64,000 bases of DNA from Candidatus Micrarchaeota archaeon (GTDB lineage: Archaea; Micrarchaeota; Micrarchaeia; Micrarchaeales; Micrarchaeaceae). Below, piece by piece: positions 47,744 to 57,474 of the stretch. The first letter of the stretch is position 1. Every line of letters begins with the position of its first letter. Location of the stretch: NCBI GenBank assembly GCA_027317945.1, contig DAHVQB010000001.1, forward strand, positions 9,348 through 73,347, written 5' to 3'. Under the pieces are notes generated by a model. The model saw only the letters and a program-made list of their open reading frames with translations. It had not been told where the DNA came from and did no database searches. A program made the position numbers and the translations under genes.

Positions 47744-48847
47744 TCATTTTATGAACGTTATTGTGTCCCCTCCCTGCAAGATGTGATCCGCACCGACTTT
47801 CTGATTAGAGAACTTGACGCTTGGGCCGGTAACGTATGCCACTTTTATAGACTCCGCAATTTCCGTATGTATCTTGCTCGCAGCGTCCCTCACAGTGGAA
47901 TTGCTATGCAGTATCATTGGGGTTATTGGTTCATGGGGCGCTTTTGGCTTTAAATACACTGTCATTATGCTGAGGTTTCTGTATATTGCGGCACGCACCT
48001 CTTCCAGATTTGTCATGTTTGTGGCGCTTATCGATATTATTTTTGTACCGTACTTGGAATTGATATATCTTGCCACATCTGCGTACTTCGGGTTCAGATC
48101 TATCTTGTTTAGCAACACTATAGCGTTCATATAAAATGAACGGCCGGCAACAAGCGATATTAACTCATCCTCGCCTAGGTCGCTCTCTATTTTAACGTGC
48201 GCCTGGTATATCCCAAATCCATTGCATATTGTTTCTATATCCCTGCTGCTAATCTTAGACTTGTTTATCTCGACGACAACTTTGGGATATGACGCGGATT
48301 GCCTTATGTAGACGCTTGGTTTTTTCTTGTTGACAAAAACATTCAGGGCGCGAAGCTCGTTGAGTAGTATGCCCAATTGATCAGGGTATCTGACGTCTAT
48401 TACGAAGACGATTAAATCTGTTGACTTCATTGCAGAAATGACTGTACGACCGCCGCCAAGACCTTTATGGGCGTTCTCTATAATCCCGGGAAGGTCAAAT
48501 ATCTGTATGTGCGCGTCATTGTAGAGCATCATGCCCGGTATCACAGTGAGCGTGGTGAACGCATAGTTTGACGTCTTCGATTTTGCGTTTGATATGGCAT
48601 TCAGGAGTGAAGATTTGCCGACATTTGGAAAACCCATGAGTGCAACAGTAGCATCGCCGCTTTTTCTTACAAAGAATCCGGATCCTGCCGCCCGTTTTCC
48701 GGACTCTATTATTTCATGCTTTACCTTGGCTATCTTAGCCCGCAAAGCACCTACGTGTTTGTTCGTTGCCTTGTTTATCTTTGTCTTCGAATATTCCCCC
48801 TCGAGCTCCTGCAGCTTGTTTGATAGAGCTTCACTTTTTGTTTCCAT
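47744..48847 (-). CDS. DRG/Rbg OBG-family GTPase with TGS domain
   Basis: NKAT, GFPNVGKS, YAFTT, DLPGII, NKID. Confidence 0.93.
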   Translation of the reverse strand: METKSEALSNKLQELEGEYSKTKINKATNKHVGALRAKIAKVKHEIIESGKRAAGSGFFVRKSGDATVALMGFPNVGKSSLLNAISNAKSKTSNYAFTTLTVIPGMMLYNDAHIQIFDLPGIIENAHKGLGGGRTVISAMKSTDLIVFVIDVRYPDQLGILLNELRALNVFVNKKKPSVYIRQSASYPKVVVEINKSKISSRDIETICNGFGIYQAHVKIESDLGEDELISLVAGRSFYMNAIVLLNKIDLNPKYADVARYINSKYGTKIISISATNMTNLEEVRAAIYRNLSIMTVYLKPKAPHEPITPMILHSNSTVRDAASKIHTEIAESIKVAYVTGPSVKFSNQKVGADHILQGGDTITFIK

Positions 48848-48984
48848 AAAAATCGAGATTATTTGTATTCGACCGCAAAATCCACCATGTCATGATGTAA
48901 ACCAGCGTGTAGGACATTACCAACCATATTTAAATATATGGTATGACAAATTAAAAATGTTTAGAGACGTATTGCGGTGATAAA

Positions 48985-49041
48985 ATGCCAAAAAAAACAG
49001 TGAAGAAAAAGACAAAGAAGGCGAAACCTCGAAAGCGCTAG
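48985..49041 (+). CDS. Putative 18-aa Lys-rich micropeptide
   Basis: GGTGA RBS; MPKKTVKKKTKKAKPRKR; TTTAAATA upstream and T-tract downstream. Confidence 0.4.
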   Translation: MPKKTVKKKTKKAKPRKR

Positions 49042-49078
49042 GTCTTTTTTATTTTAAATATTTTATTTTTTATACTTG

Positions 49079-50374
49079 TTACATCATATTGGAGAATCTC
49101 TTCTTAAAGTTGCGGTCGTTTTTAAGCGTGCCGAACATTTTCTTCATCTTGCTGAAATCAGATATCAATTCATGGACATCCTTTTCAGTTGTTCCACTTC
49201 CCATGGCTATGCGCTTTATCCTGCCGGAATCTCTAAGCTCTTTCTCGTTCACCCGTTCTTCTTTTGTCATGGACGCGATTATGACCTTGTATTTCTTCAG
49301 CTTCTCTTCGCCTTTCTCGGCTATTTCCTTGGGCACATCAGGCGCACCCATCATGCCGAACAGATTTTTAAGCGGCCCCATCTTGTTCATCGCCTTCAAT
49401 TGCGTATAGAATGTTTCGAAATTCAGTTCTTCGGTCTGCATATCTTCGGGACTCAGGCCTGCTTCCTTAACTGCGCTCTGCACATGATCGATAAGGGATT
49501 CTATATCGGGTATGCCAAGCAAGCCCCCGATGAACTTGTTCGCATCGTAGGGCTGTAGGTTGCTTAGCTTCTCGCCTACACCTATGAACATTATTTTTGT
49601 ATTGGCGGCATTTGCTGCGCTGAGCGCGCCGCCGCCTTTGCCAGAGCCATCCATTTTCGTTACGATGACTCCGGATATCCTGACTGCGCTGTCGAATTCG
49701 CGCGCCTGCTTACCGGCTACCTGCCCAGTATCCGCGCTAATTACTAATACCTTCTCGTCTGGTTTGAAAGCATCTGCTACTCTCTTCAGTTCACCTATCA
49801 AGTTCTCATCGAGCGCATTCCTTCCGCTAGTATCACATATTATTATCTGCTTGTCATGGAACAACGCATATCCTTCCTTTGCAATCTTTGCTGCGTTGGT
49901 CTCCCCTTTTATGCCGAAGAAGCCCACGTTAGCTTGCTTGGCCAATGTCTCTAGCTGTTCATATGCCGCAGGCCTAGTTACATCGCAGCATATCACAGCT
50001 GCGCTAAGGCCCCTGTCCTGATAGAATTTCGCCAGCTTTGCAGTAGATGTCGTTTTTCCGGATCCGTAAAGACCCATCATTAGTATTCTCTGCTTCTTAA
50101 GCTGCGGCTGGTACGTGGGGCCCATTAGGCTTACGAGCTCGTCATAGACTATGTTAGTTATGTAATCAGTAGGCGCCACGCCAGAAGGGGGTTTAACCTT
50201 AAGCGCCTTTTCCTCTATATCCTTGGTAAATTTCAGTACAAGCTCTACCTCTACATCTGCACCCAGAAGTGTCTTCTGAAGCTCCTTGTTGAATTCTTTT
50301 ATTGTTTTGGCGTCTATTATCGCGGAGCGCGTGAGCTTTGCGATTGCCTGCCTCAATCCTTCTCCCAAATCCAT
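49079..50374 (-). CDS. srp54: Signal recognition particle protein SRP54
   Basis: GLYGSGKTT, RPAAYEQL, DTSGR, TKMDGSGKGGGA; M domain RIKRIAMGSG. Confidence 0.97.
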   Translation of the reverse strand: MDLGEGLRQAIAKLTRSAIIDAKTIKEFNKELQKTLLGADVEVELVLKFTKDIEEKALKVKPPSGVAPTDYITNIVYDELVSLMGPTYQPQLKKQRILMMGLYGSGKTTSTAKLAKFYQDRGLSAAVICCDVTRPAAYEQLETLAKQANVGFFGIKGETNAAKIAKEGYALFHDKQIIICDTSGRNALDENLIGELKRVADAFKPDEKVLVISADTGQVAGKQAREFDSAVRISGVIVTKMDGSGKGGGALSAANAANTKIMFIGVGEKLSNLQPYDANKFIGGLLGIPDIESLIDHVQSAVKEAGLSPEDMQTEELNFETFYTQLKAMNKMGPLKNLFGMMGAPDVPKEIAEKGEEKLKKYKVIIASMTKEERVNEKELRDSGRIKRIAMGSGTTEKDVHELISDFSKMKKMFGTLKNDRNFKKRFSNMM

Positions 50375-50468
50375 GCAAACCAGTCAGTAGTTTATATTGA
50401 CGAGCAAGCTTTATATTTGATGTTTCACCAAATTAGCTTGTACGTGTTTTTGCAGCTGGTAGAATTTT

Positions 50469-51602
50469 ATGAATATTGTGATGGCGCAGTCAAATCTTAC
50501 GCTCAAGGGCGGTGCCGAACGTGTGGTACTCAAGATAGCGCAGCATTACAAGGCCAAAATTTATACTGCTGAATATAACAAGAAAACCACTTTCAGCGAA
50601 TTCTCGGACATTGACATTGAAGTAATAGGCAATGGCAGATTACAGAGGATCATGCCGTACGGCAGGGTTTCGCAAGGATTGAGCTATGGCCTCGGGTTCT
50701 ATAATTTCGTGATGAAAGGTGATTACGACGTTATAAACGCACATATAGCACCTAGCCATTGGATACGAAACAAGAACGAGCGCGTGCTGTGGTATTGTCA
50801 CACTCCGCTCAGGGACGTGTACGACCTTTACAATTACAGACTTAGCATAAAAAAGCGTTATCAGAGGCCTGTATACAGGATAGGAGCTGCAGCAGTCAGG
50901 CGCATGGATCGGAAGATAGTCAAGAATATAGAGATGATAGTAGCCAACAGCAGCAACACGCAATCTAGGATAGCTAAATACCTAGGCAGAGACGATGCGA
51001 GGGTATTGGGCGGGGGAGTGGAGTACGAGAAGTACAAGGACAAAGGCGACGGAAAGTATTTCCTTTATCCGTCCAGGATGTCACCGAACAAGAGGCAAGA
51101 CTATGCCATCAGGGCTTTTGAACTTTTTAAAAGGAGGGTAAAGGGCTACAAGCTTGTTCTTGTAGGGCCGGTATCCAAGGATGGTTTCTACCTGGATTTC
51201 TATATGAAGGTGCTTGAACTGTCAAAGAGGGTGGGCGATGTAGAGATAGTCGAGGCGGTAAACGAGGAAAGGTTAAGGGATTACTACTCCAAAGCCACTG
51301 CTGTGCTCTACGCCCCAATAGATGAAGATTACGGCCTTGTGCCATTGGAATCTATGGCAAGTGGCAAGCCAATAATATCGGTAAATGAGGGTGGCCCGAG
51401 GATGACCGTACGGAACGGCGATACCGGCTTCCTTGTAAACAATGAGGCGGAGATGGCATCAAAGATGGTGGAGGTAGCAGAAAATCCCGCCACGGCAGAG
51501 CAAATCGGAAAGAATGGGGTAGCATGCGTAAAGAAAGAGTACTCATGGGGCAGATTCTTCAATGAATTTGATAGGTACCTAAAGGAAGTATCTAAGAAGT
51601 GA
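50469..51602 (+). CDS. Glycosyltransferase family 4
   Basis: GGAERV, WYCHTP, EDYGLVPLESMASGKP. Confidence 0.92.
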   Translation: MNIVMAQSNLTLKGGAERVVLKIAQHYKAKIYTAEYNKKTTFSEFSDIDIEVIGNGRLQRIMPYGRVSQGLSYGLGFYNFVMKGDYDVINAHIAPSHWIRNKNERVLWYCHTPLRDVYDLYNYRLSIKKRYQRPVYRIGAAAVRRMDRKIVKNIEMIVANSSNTQSRIAKYLGRDDARVLGGGVEYEKYKDKGDGKYFLYPSRMSPNKRQDYAIRAFELFKRRVKGYKLVLVGPVSKDGFYLDFYMKVLELSKRVGDVEIVEAVNEERLRDYYSKATAVLYAPIDEDYGLVPLESMASGKPIISVNEGGPRMTVRNGDTGFLVNNEAEMASKMVEVAENPATAEQIGKNGVACVKKEYSWGRFFNEFDRYLKEVSKK

Positions 51603-51607
51603 CATCC

Positions 51608-51988
51608 TTATTCAGGCGCCTTCTTTGAATCAGGCTTCTTTGCATCGCCGGGCTTAGTGGCAGGCATTACTTCTATCACGTACTTGGATATTATCTTTGA
51701 TGCGTAGTCCAGCACTTTCTTTATATTAGACTCAGTGTTGGCACCGGTGCATATCATTTTGCCATTCTTGAAAAGTATTATTACGGCCTTTGGCTCGGCT
51801 ATCTTGAAAATTGCACCTGGAAACTGTTCCGGCTCATAATCAACGGCCTTGACGTCTCTTGACAGAGAATAAAGATCTATTATGGCATGCAGGTCTGCAC
51901 TGACAACGATATTCTGTATCTTTATTGTTGGTTTTATTATGTCATTGCTTTGACGTGCCTGCGTGCTCTTTGATGGCGTTTCAATCAC
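51608..51988 (-). CDS. Single-repeat TATA-binding-protein-like protein
   Basis: IQNIVVS..YEPEQFPGAIF..PKAVIILFKNGKMICTGA occurs only once; 126 aa. Confidence 0.85.
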   Translation of the reverse strand: MIETPSKSTQARQSNDIIKPTIKIQNIVVSADLHAIIDLYSLSRDVKAVDYEPEQFPGAIFKIAEPKAVIILFKNGKMICTGANTESNIKKVLDYASKIISKYVIEVMPATKPGDAKKPDSKKAPE

Positions 51989-52101
51989 CTTTATGAATTA
52001 GGATGAAAAGGTTTAAATAAGTGGGATAGGAAGATAGGCGATTTGCGGACATTTGCGATGTCTGGTGATTTCCCGCTGTCTTGTTGCGGATCCCATGTGG
52101 T

Positions 52102-53425
52102 GTGACATCCTCCAACGACTAAAGGTAGTTGGCTTCCCCTGCGTTTGCAGGGTATGTTATCAGTTCTCCGAGGGCTGCCTCCCGTTGGGGTCTTACATCC
52201 TCTCCCTGAGCGTGACTTCGAGAGTGTCCCTCCCTAGCTCTGTTGAGTATATTTATGGATGCGTTTACGTCCCTGTCCAACCGTAGGCCGCATAGCCCGC
52301 AGTTGTACTCCCTCACGGATAATGGCATTTCCAGCATATTGCCACAATTACTGCATTCCTTTGTCGTGTTCCTTGCGTCCACCTTAATTACCTTCATGCC
52401 GGCACTTTCGGCCTTGTATGAAAGGAAGTTTATGAACCTGTTCCATGAAGCGTTATGGATTGATTGCGCAAGACGATGGTTCTTTTCCATGTTTTGGATG
52501 TGAAGGTTTTCCACTGCGAATGAGGTGTATCCTGCCTTGGCGAGTTCGGTTGAAAGTTTGTGCATGAAGTCGTTTGACTGGTTTTTTACCCTCTTCCATT
52601 CCTATTGAAGGTGGAATTTTGCCTTTTCCCTTCTTTTCGAGCCTTTGTCTCTCCTTGCAATTATGCGTTGCCAATGTGCAATCCTCTTTTCCTTCTTCCT
52701 GAAGAATTTTGGCTTCTGGATTGTCTTTCCGTCCGAAAGGGCTATGAAATTGTTGGGTCCCATGTCGATGCCGACTGGGTTTGTGTCCTCGGTCTTCTTT
52801 GGATTGGTCACCTGCTCCGCGGTGAAGATTGCATAATAGTCTCTTCCCTCCCTTTTTATCGTCAGTGTCTTCACGTTTCCGATAATGTTCCTGTGCTGTT
52901 CTATCTTCATCGTGCCTATTTTTGATATTCTTAGCCTGCCTTTATCTATCCTAAATGAACCGTTATTTTCTATGTGGGTTATTGAGTTGAACCTGTCCTT
53001 TGACTTGAAGCGTGGGAATCCTGCATTTATCCTTGCTCCTGATTTCTTCTGATGACATCTTCGAAGAAGTTTTGGTAAGTTTGAAGGAGTTTGTTGCGTA
53101 TGTCGACTCTGATATGGGCGTAGAGTTGCAAGTATGTCTTGTCCTCTTTTATTATCTCATTAAGGAGTTGGTTTATTATTCTCTGTGATATTTTTGAGTC
53201 GGGATTGCTCCTATGTGCATTTATCGTCTTCTCCAGCAGTTTGTTGTACAGTCTCTGTGAAATGTAAATGGCATCGTCTATCTCCTTCTGCCTCTTTGCG
53301 TCAGGATATATCCTGAACTTGTAGGCACGGATTGTTCCAATGTTCCCTGTTTTATTTTGTATTTTTATATACCTTCTTACGCCCTTAACCCACCATTGAA
53401 ATGATGGGTTTGCGGGGCGAGTCAT
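52102..53425 (-). mobile_element. tnpB: IS1341-type (tnpB-only) IS200/IS605 element with pseudogenised tnpB
   Basis: RAYKFRIYP, GFPRFK, GIDMG, VENL, DRDVNASINIL; frameshift near 53060 and in-frame TAG at 52602-52604; left-end hairpin 53387-53410; right end GAAGCCAACTACCTTTAGTCGTTGGAGGATGTCAC; left boundary approximate. Confidence 0.9.
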
Positions 53426-53497
53426 TTATCATGAGATTGGCTGACAAAGTAATAAAAGCTTAGGAACTCATACTCTTTGGATTTGGCCGGTGCGGTG

Positions 53498-54607
53498 ATG
53501 AAAAAGGTGGTTATCGTAGGAGCCGGAGTAGTCGGCTTAGTGCTTGCAAAGGAACTGTGCAGGCTGGGACATTATGTCACCGTATACGACGCCAAAAATG
53601 ATATTAAGGAAGGATCCGCCAAGGCCTCGGGCATACTCTCGAAAGAAGGGCTTGCGACAATAGGCGTGAATTATAAGAGCGCAGTAGTGAACACCCTTGA
53701 TGGAGCTGTGCTGCATGCAGGGAAGGAACTCCTCAAGATAAAGGCCGCGGACACCAAGGCTTACATACTGGACAGAGGGAAGCTAGTCGAGGAGTGCCTG
53801 TCAGAAGCGAGGAGCGCAGGTGCGGATGTGGTGCTTGGAAAGAGCGTACAAAGAGAAGATATAAGACTGATGAAAAACGACAGCGATACGGTGCTTGTTG
53901 GCGCCGACGGCTCTGTCTCGAATGTGGCAAGCACATGCGGATTCCCACAGATAAAGGAGTACATACTCACATACAAAGCTGAATACAATGGCGCACGGCT
54001 GGACGATCCTCATTCGGTGGACCTGTTTTTCTCGAACAAAGTGTCCAACCGCTTTTTCGGATGGACGGCGCCTTACTCTAAAAGCCTTGTAGAGGCAGGT
54101 ATAGGGATAAGCAGCTTCGCAAGGAGCAGCAGCTCCAGCGCATTTAAGCAGTTCCTTAAGAATGAGACCCTACATCGCATGCTTGATGGGGCCAATCCCG
54201 TTTCTGGGCATGCCAGCATGATACCTGTATCTACACGAAAGCGCACAGTGAAGGACAATGTTCTGCTCGTAGGTGATGCGGCGGGCCAGGTGAAGGCGAC
54301 AACTGGAGGCGGGATAATATTCGGCGCGTCGTGCGCCAGGATAGCTGCCGGGGCCATTGATGACCATATAAGGAATGGAAAGCCTTTGGAGCGCTATGAG
54401 AAAGCATGGAGGAAGGCGTATGGGCTGGACTTAACGATGCACAAGATGATCCATGGATACTACGCCTCGTTAGGCAGCAGGAGCCTGGACATGCTTTTCA
54501 TGTTTTCCAAGCTGTTTGGAGCGGAAAGCTTCTTCAGCAAGTATGGCGATATGGACAGGCCGACCATCATGATAAAGAGGTTCTTCCTGCGCGGCATCTC
54601 CGGATAA
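53498..54607 (+). CDS. Geranylgeranyl reductase family FAD oxidoreductase
   Basis: VGAGVVG, GADG, FGWTAP, LVGDAAGQVKATTGGGI. Confidence 0.88.
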   Translation: MKKVVIVGAGVVGLVLAKELCRLGHYVTVYDAKNDIKEGSAKASGILSKEGLATIGVNYKSAVVNTLDGAVLHAGKELLKIKAADTKAYILDRGKLVEECLSEARSAGADVVLGKSVQREDIRLMKNDSDTVLVGADGSVSNVASTCGFPQIKEYILTYKAEYNGARLDDPHSVDLFFSNKVSNRFFGWTAPYSKSLVEAGIGISSFARSSSSSAFKQFLKNETLHRMLDGANPVSGHASMIPVSTRKRTVKDNVLLVGDAAGQVKATTGGGIIFGASCARIAAGAIDDHIRNGKPLERYEKAWRKAYGLDLTMHKMIHGYYASLGSRSLDMLFMFSKLFGAESFFSKYGDMDRPTIMIKRFFLRGISG

Positions 54608-54623
54608 TCGGATTATTGCTTAC

Positions 54624-56048
54624 TCATATCGCAAGCAAGGCCTTGCTTGCGACAGTGGCTGCGCTTATCAGCGGGCCGGGGTATAAGCCAAGCAGTATTG
54701 TAGCCGCGAGCGCTATTACGACAACTGCATAGGTGTACTTGCCCATCGCAAGCATGTCGTGGGACTTGCCGCTGTACATGCGGTCTATGACTTTCGCATA
54801 ATAGTATATCGATATGAAGCTGTTTATTATGCCGAAGACCGCCAGATAAAGCAGCGTTTGCGAGTCTATCGCGCTAGAGAACACAAGGAACTTCCCTATG
54901 AAACCTATCAGCGGAGGCACGCCGGCCATCGAAAGCATGAGTATTGCTAGGGATATGGCGGCAAACCTGTTTCTGGAGCCTAGGGCGTTATAATCGTCCA
55001 GCGTCCTTAGGTTATTGGACTCCAGCCATAGCACTATGGCGAATGCACCTATTACCATGAAAAGGTGCGCTACGATCTGCAGTATGCTCGCCTCTATGCC
55101 GAACTGCGTGGCAACGGCAAGCCCTATGAGTATGTAGCCGGCCTGGGATATTGATGAATAGGCGAGCAGCCTCTTCACGTTAGTCTGCACAAGAGCAAGT
55201 ATGTTACCGTAGAACATAGTCGCTATCGAGAGCAGAACAAGTATTGGGGAGAATATCGGTTTGAACTGTATGAAAACGACGAAAAATATCTCCATTAGTG
55301 CTACGAACGCCACCTTCTTGTTTATTCCTGCCAGAAGCGCGGTAACGTTGCCCGGCGCGCCCTGATAGACGTCCGGCACCCACAGGTTGAACGGGAATGC
55401 CGCGACCTCGAATCCCATCGCAGCTGCGACGAGTATTATTGACAGTATGAGCAAGTAGTTGCCTGAAGCCGCGGTTGCGCCCGTGAACAGCGAAATCGCG
55501 GACACAGGGGAAAGAGTCAGCTGCAGGTCGTATGGGAACAGCAGCGCTATGGCGAACGAAAGCGCACCGATTGCTATGGCGCTTAGTATGAAGAGCTTCA
55601 CTGCCGCCTCTATGTGATGCCTGCCGCTCGTCATTATCATGAATGCGGTAGGCAGCGTCATCAGCTCCAATCCGAGGAGTATGGTCACCAATGAGTTGGC
55701 CATAGCCACTACGAACATGCCCACTATGGCGAAGCTGAAGAACAGCAGGAACCTGGTGAAGTTAGGATAGTGCTCGTATGACAGCGCGTTTATCAGCAGA
55801 AGTGCAAATGCGAACAGCCCTAGGAAGAATTCCGAGAAGCTGTACAGATGGAATATCGTGAATACGGTGACGTCGACGCCGGCTAGGAATGCATAAATTG
55901 ACAGTAGCAGTATGAGCGCGAGCAGCGCGCTGCTTGCGAGGAATGCCGCATACGAAAGCTTTCGCGGTATTGTTGCTAGCGGAACGATTATCAGTGCCAG
56001 CATAAGAACGATGATCGCATGCGCAACGTAGAACGGACCTATCAACAT
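54624..56048 (-). CDS. nuoN: Complex I subunit N
   Basis: EAAVK, PFNLWVPDVYQGAP, KRLLAYSSISQAGY, AGVPPLIGFIGK. Confidence 0.93.
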   Translation of the reverse strand: MLIGPFYVAHAIIVLMLALIIVPLATIPRKLSYAAFLASSALLALILLLSIYAFLAGVDVTVFTIFHLYSFSEFFLGLFAFALLLINALSYEHYPNFTRFLLFFSFAIVGMFVVAMANSLVTILLGLELMTLPTAFMIMTSGRHHIEAAVKLFILSAIAIGALSFAIALLFPYDLQLTLSPVSAISLFTGATAASGNYLLILSIILVAAAMGFEVAAFPFNLWVPDVYQGAPGNVTALLAGINKKVAFVALMEIFFVVFIQFKPIFSPILVLLSIATMFYGNILALVQTNVKRLLAYSSISQAGYILIGLAVATQFGIEASILQIVAHLFMVIGAFAIVLWLESNNLRTLDDYNALGSRNRFAAISLAILMLSMAGVPPLIGFIGKFLVFSSAIDSQTLLYLAVFGIINSFISIYYYAKVIDRMYSGKSHDMLAMGKYTYAVVVIALAATILLGLYPGPLISAATVASKALLAI

Positions 56049-56057
56049 TCATAACAC

Positions 56058-57470
56058 CTACAAATTGGAGAAACCAAGCAGAAGGAACGGGAATATACCG
56101 AAAAGCAGCATCGAGCCCATGAGTATCGCATAGCCGGCCTTCTCTTCCATGCCTATGTATTCGATGGGCTGCGATGGGTCTTTGGTCATCATGAAGGAGC
56201 GGTTTACCACAAGATAGAAGAACGCGCCTATCATGAGCAATCCCACAAGCGGCAGAGCCCCGGCTAGGCCGAATGCCTGTATCGCGCCTATGAATATAAG
56301 GACGTCGGCTATGAAGCCAGCAGTGAGCGGCACTCCAGTTATTCCGAAGACCCCCATTATGAACGAATAACCGGTGGACGCAGCCTTGCTCACCACGCCC
56401 TTCACCACCTTCATGTCCCTAGAACCGAATATGTGGTGCAGGCAACCGACAGACAGGAACATTAACGCTATGGTGACTCCGTGGGCGAACATGGCGTATA
56501 CGGCACCATACGTCCCGAAGGCGTTCATTGCGGCTATGGCCACCAATATTATCCCCATGTCTATTATTGTAGTGTAAGCTATGACGCGCTTTATGTCGTG
56601 CTGCATCATAGTTACGAATGCCGCGTATATCGTGGAGAATCCAGCGAGCACCGCTATGGGCACCGCGAGCTTGTTCGCTATCGGGAGCATTGTGAATATC
56701 AGCAGCATGCCATACGCACCGAACTTTGTCAGCACCCCGGAAAGCAGCATCGAGCCCTGGGTGGACGCTTCCGTATGGGCATCGGGCAGCCAGAAGTGCA
56801 CAGGGAACAACGGCATGTTGACCGCGAATGCAGCGAACAGCAGTATGAATATCAGCTCCTGCGTGGACTGCGGTATGCTAGACGCCGCTGCAGTTATTGA
56901 ACTTATATTGAACGAATGGACCGGCGTATAGAAGTATATCATCATTATGCCAAGCAGAAGGAGGGAGCTGGCGAATATCTCGTATATTATGAACTTTATA
57001 GATGCATATCGCCTGTTTGCGGAGCCCAGGACATTTATCATGAAGAACAACGCGATTACCCCTATGTCCCAGAATATGAAGAATATGAACAGGTTTGCCG
57101 ACGTGAAAAGGCCTATGGCGGAGAACTCGAATAGCATGATAAGCGTGTTTGCCGTCTTCACTCCAGCGCGCTCCGGATTGCCCGAGAGTATGGCTGCGAA
57201 GGCCACTATCGCGGTCATCAGGACCAGTATGAAGTTTATCGGCGTCATCTGCAACTGCAGGCTGATGTTGAACGCATTGATGTATGGGTATGATTCATTC
57301 ATGCTTAGGCTGCCCTGCAGCAGCGATGAGACAAGTATCAATATCGCTATGGCCAGCACTATTCCGGAGCCTGCGATAGCTAGGCGCTTGCTCAGTTTGC
57401 TGTCCAGGGCCAGTATGAACACTGACGCTAGGGCGGAGACGAGCAACATCAACCCTATCAATATAGTCAT
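56058..57470 (-). CDS. nuoM: Complex I subunit M
   Basis: FFIFWD, PVHFWLPDAHTEA, KFGAYG, GFIAD. Confidence 0.93.
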   Translation of the reverse strand: MTILIGLMLLVSALASVFILALDSKLSKRLAIAGSGIVLAIAILILVSSLLQGSLSMNESYPYINAFNISLQLQMTPINFILVLMTAIVAFAAILSGNPERAGVKTANTLIMLFEFSAIGLFTSANLFIFFIFWDIGVIALFFMINVLGSANRRYASIKFIIYEIFASSLLLLGIMMIYFYTPVHSFNISSITAAASSIPQSTQELIFILLFAAFAVNMPLFPVHFWLPDAHTEASTQGSMLLSGVLTKFGAYGMLLIFTMLPIANKLAVPIAVLAGFSTIYAAFVTMMQHDIKRVIAYTTIIDMGIILVAIAAMNAFGTYGAVYAMFAHGVTIALMFLSVGCLHHIFGSRDMKVVKGVVSKAASTGYSFIMGVFGITGVPLTAGFIADVLIFIGAIQAFGLAGALPLVGLLMIGAFFYLVVNRSFMMTKDPSQPIEYIGMEEKAGYAILMGSMLLFGIFPFLLLGFSNL

Positions 57471-57474
57471 AGTA

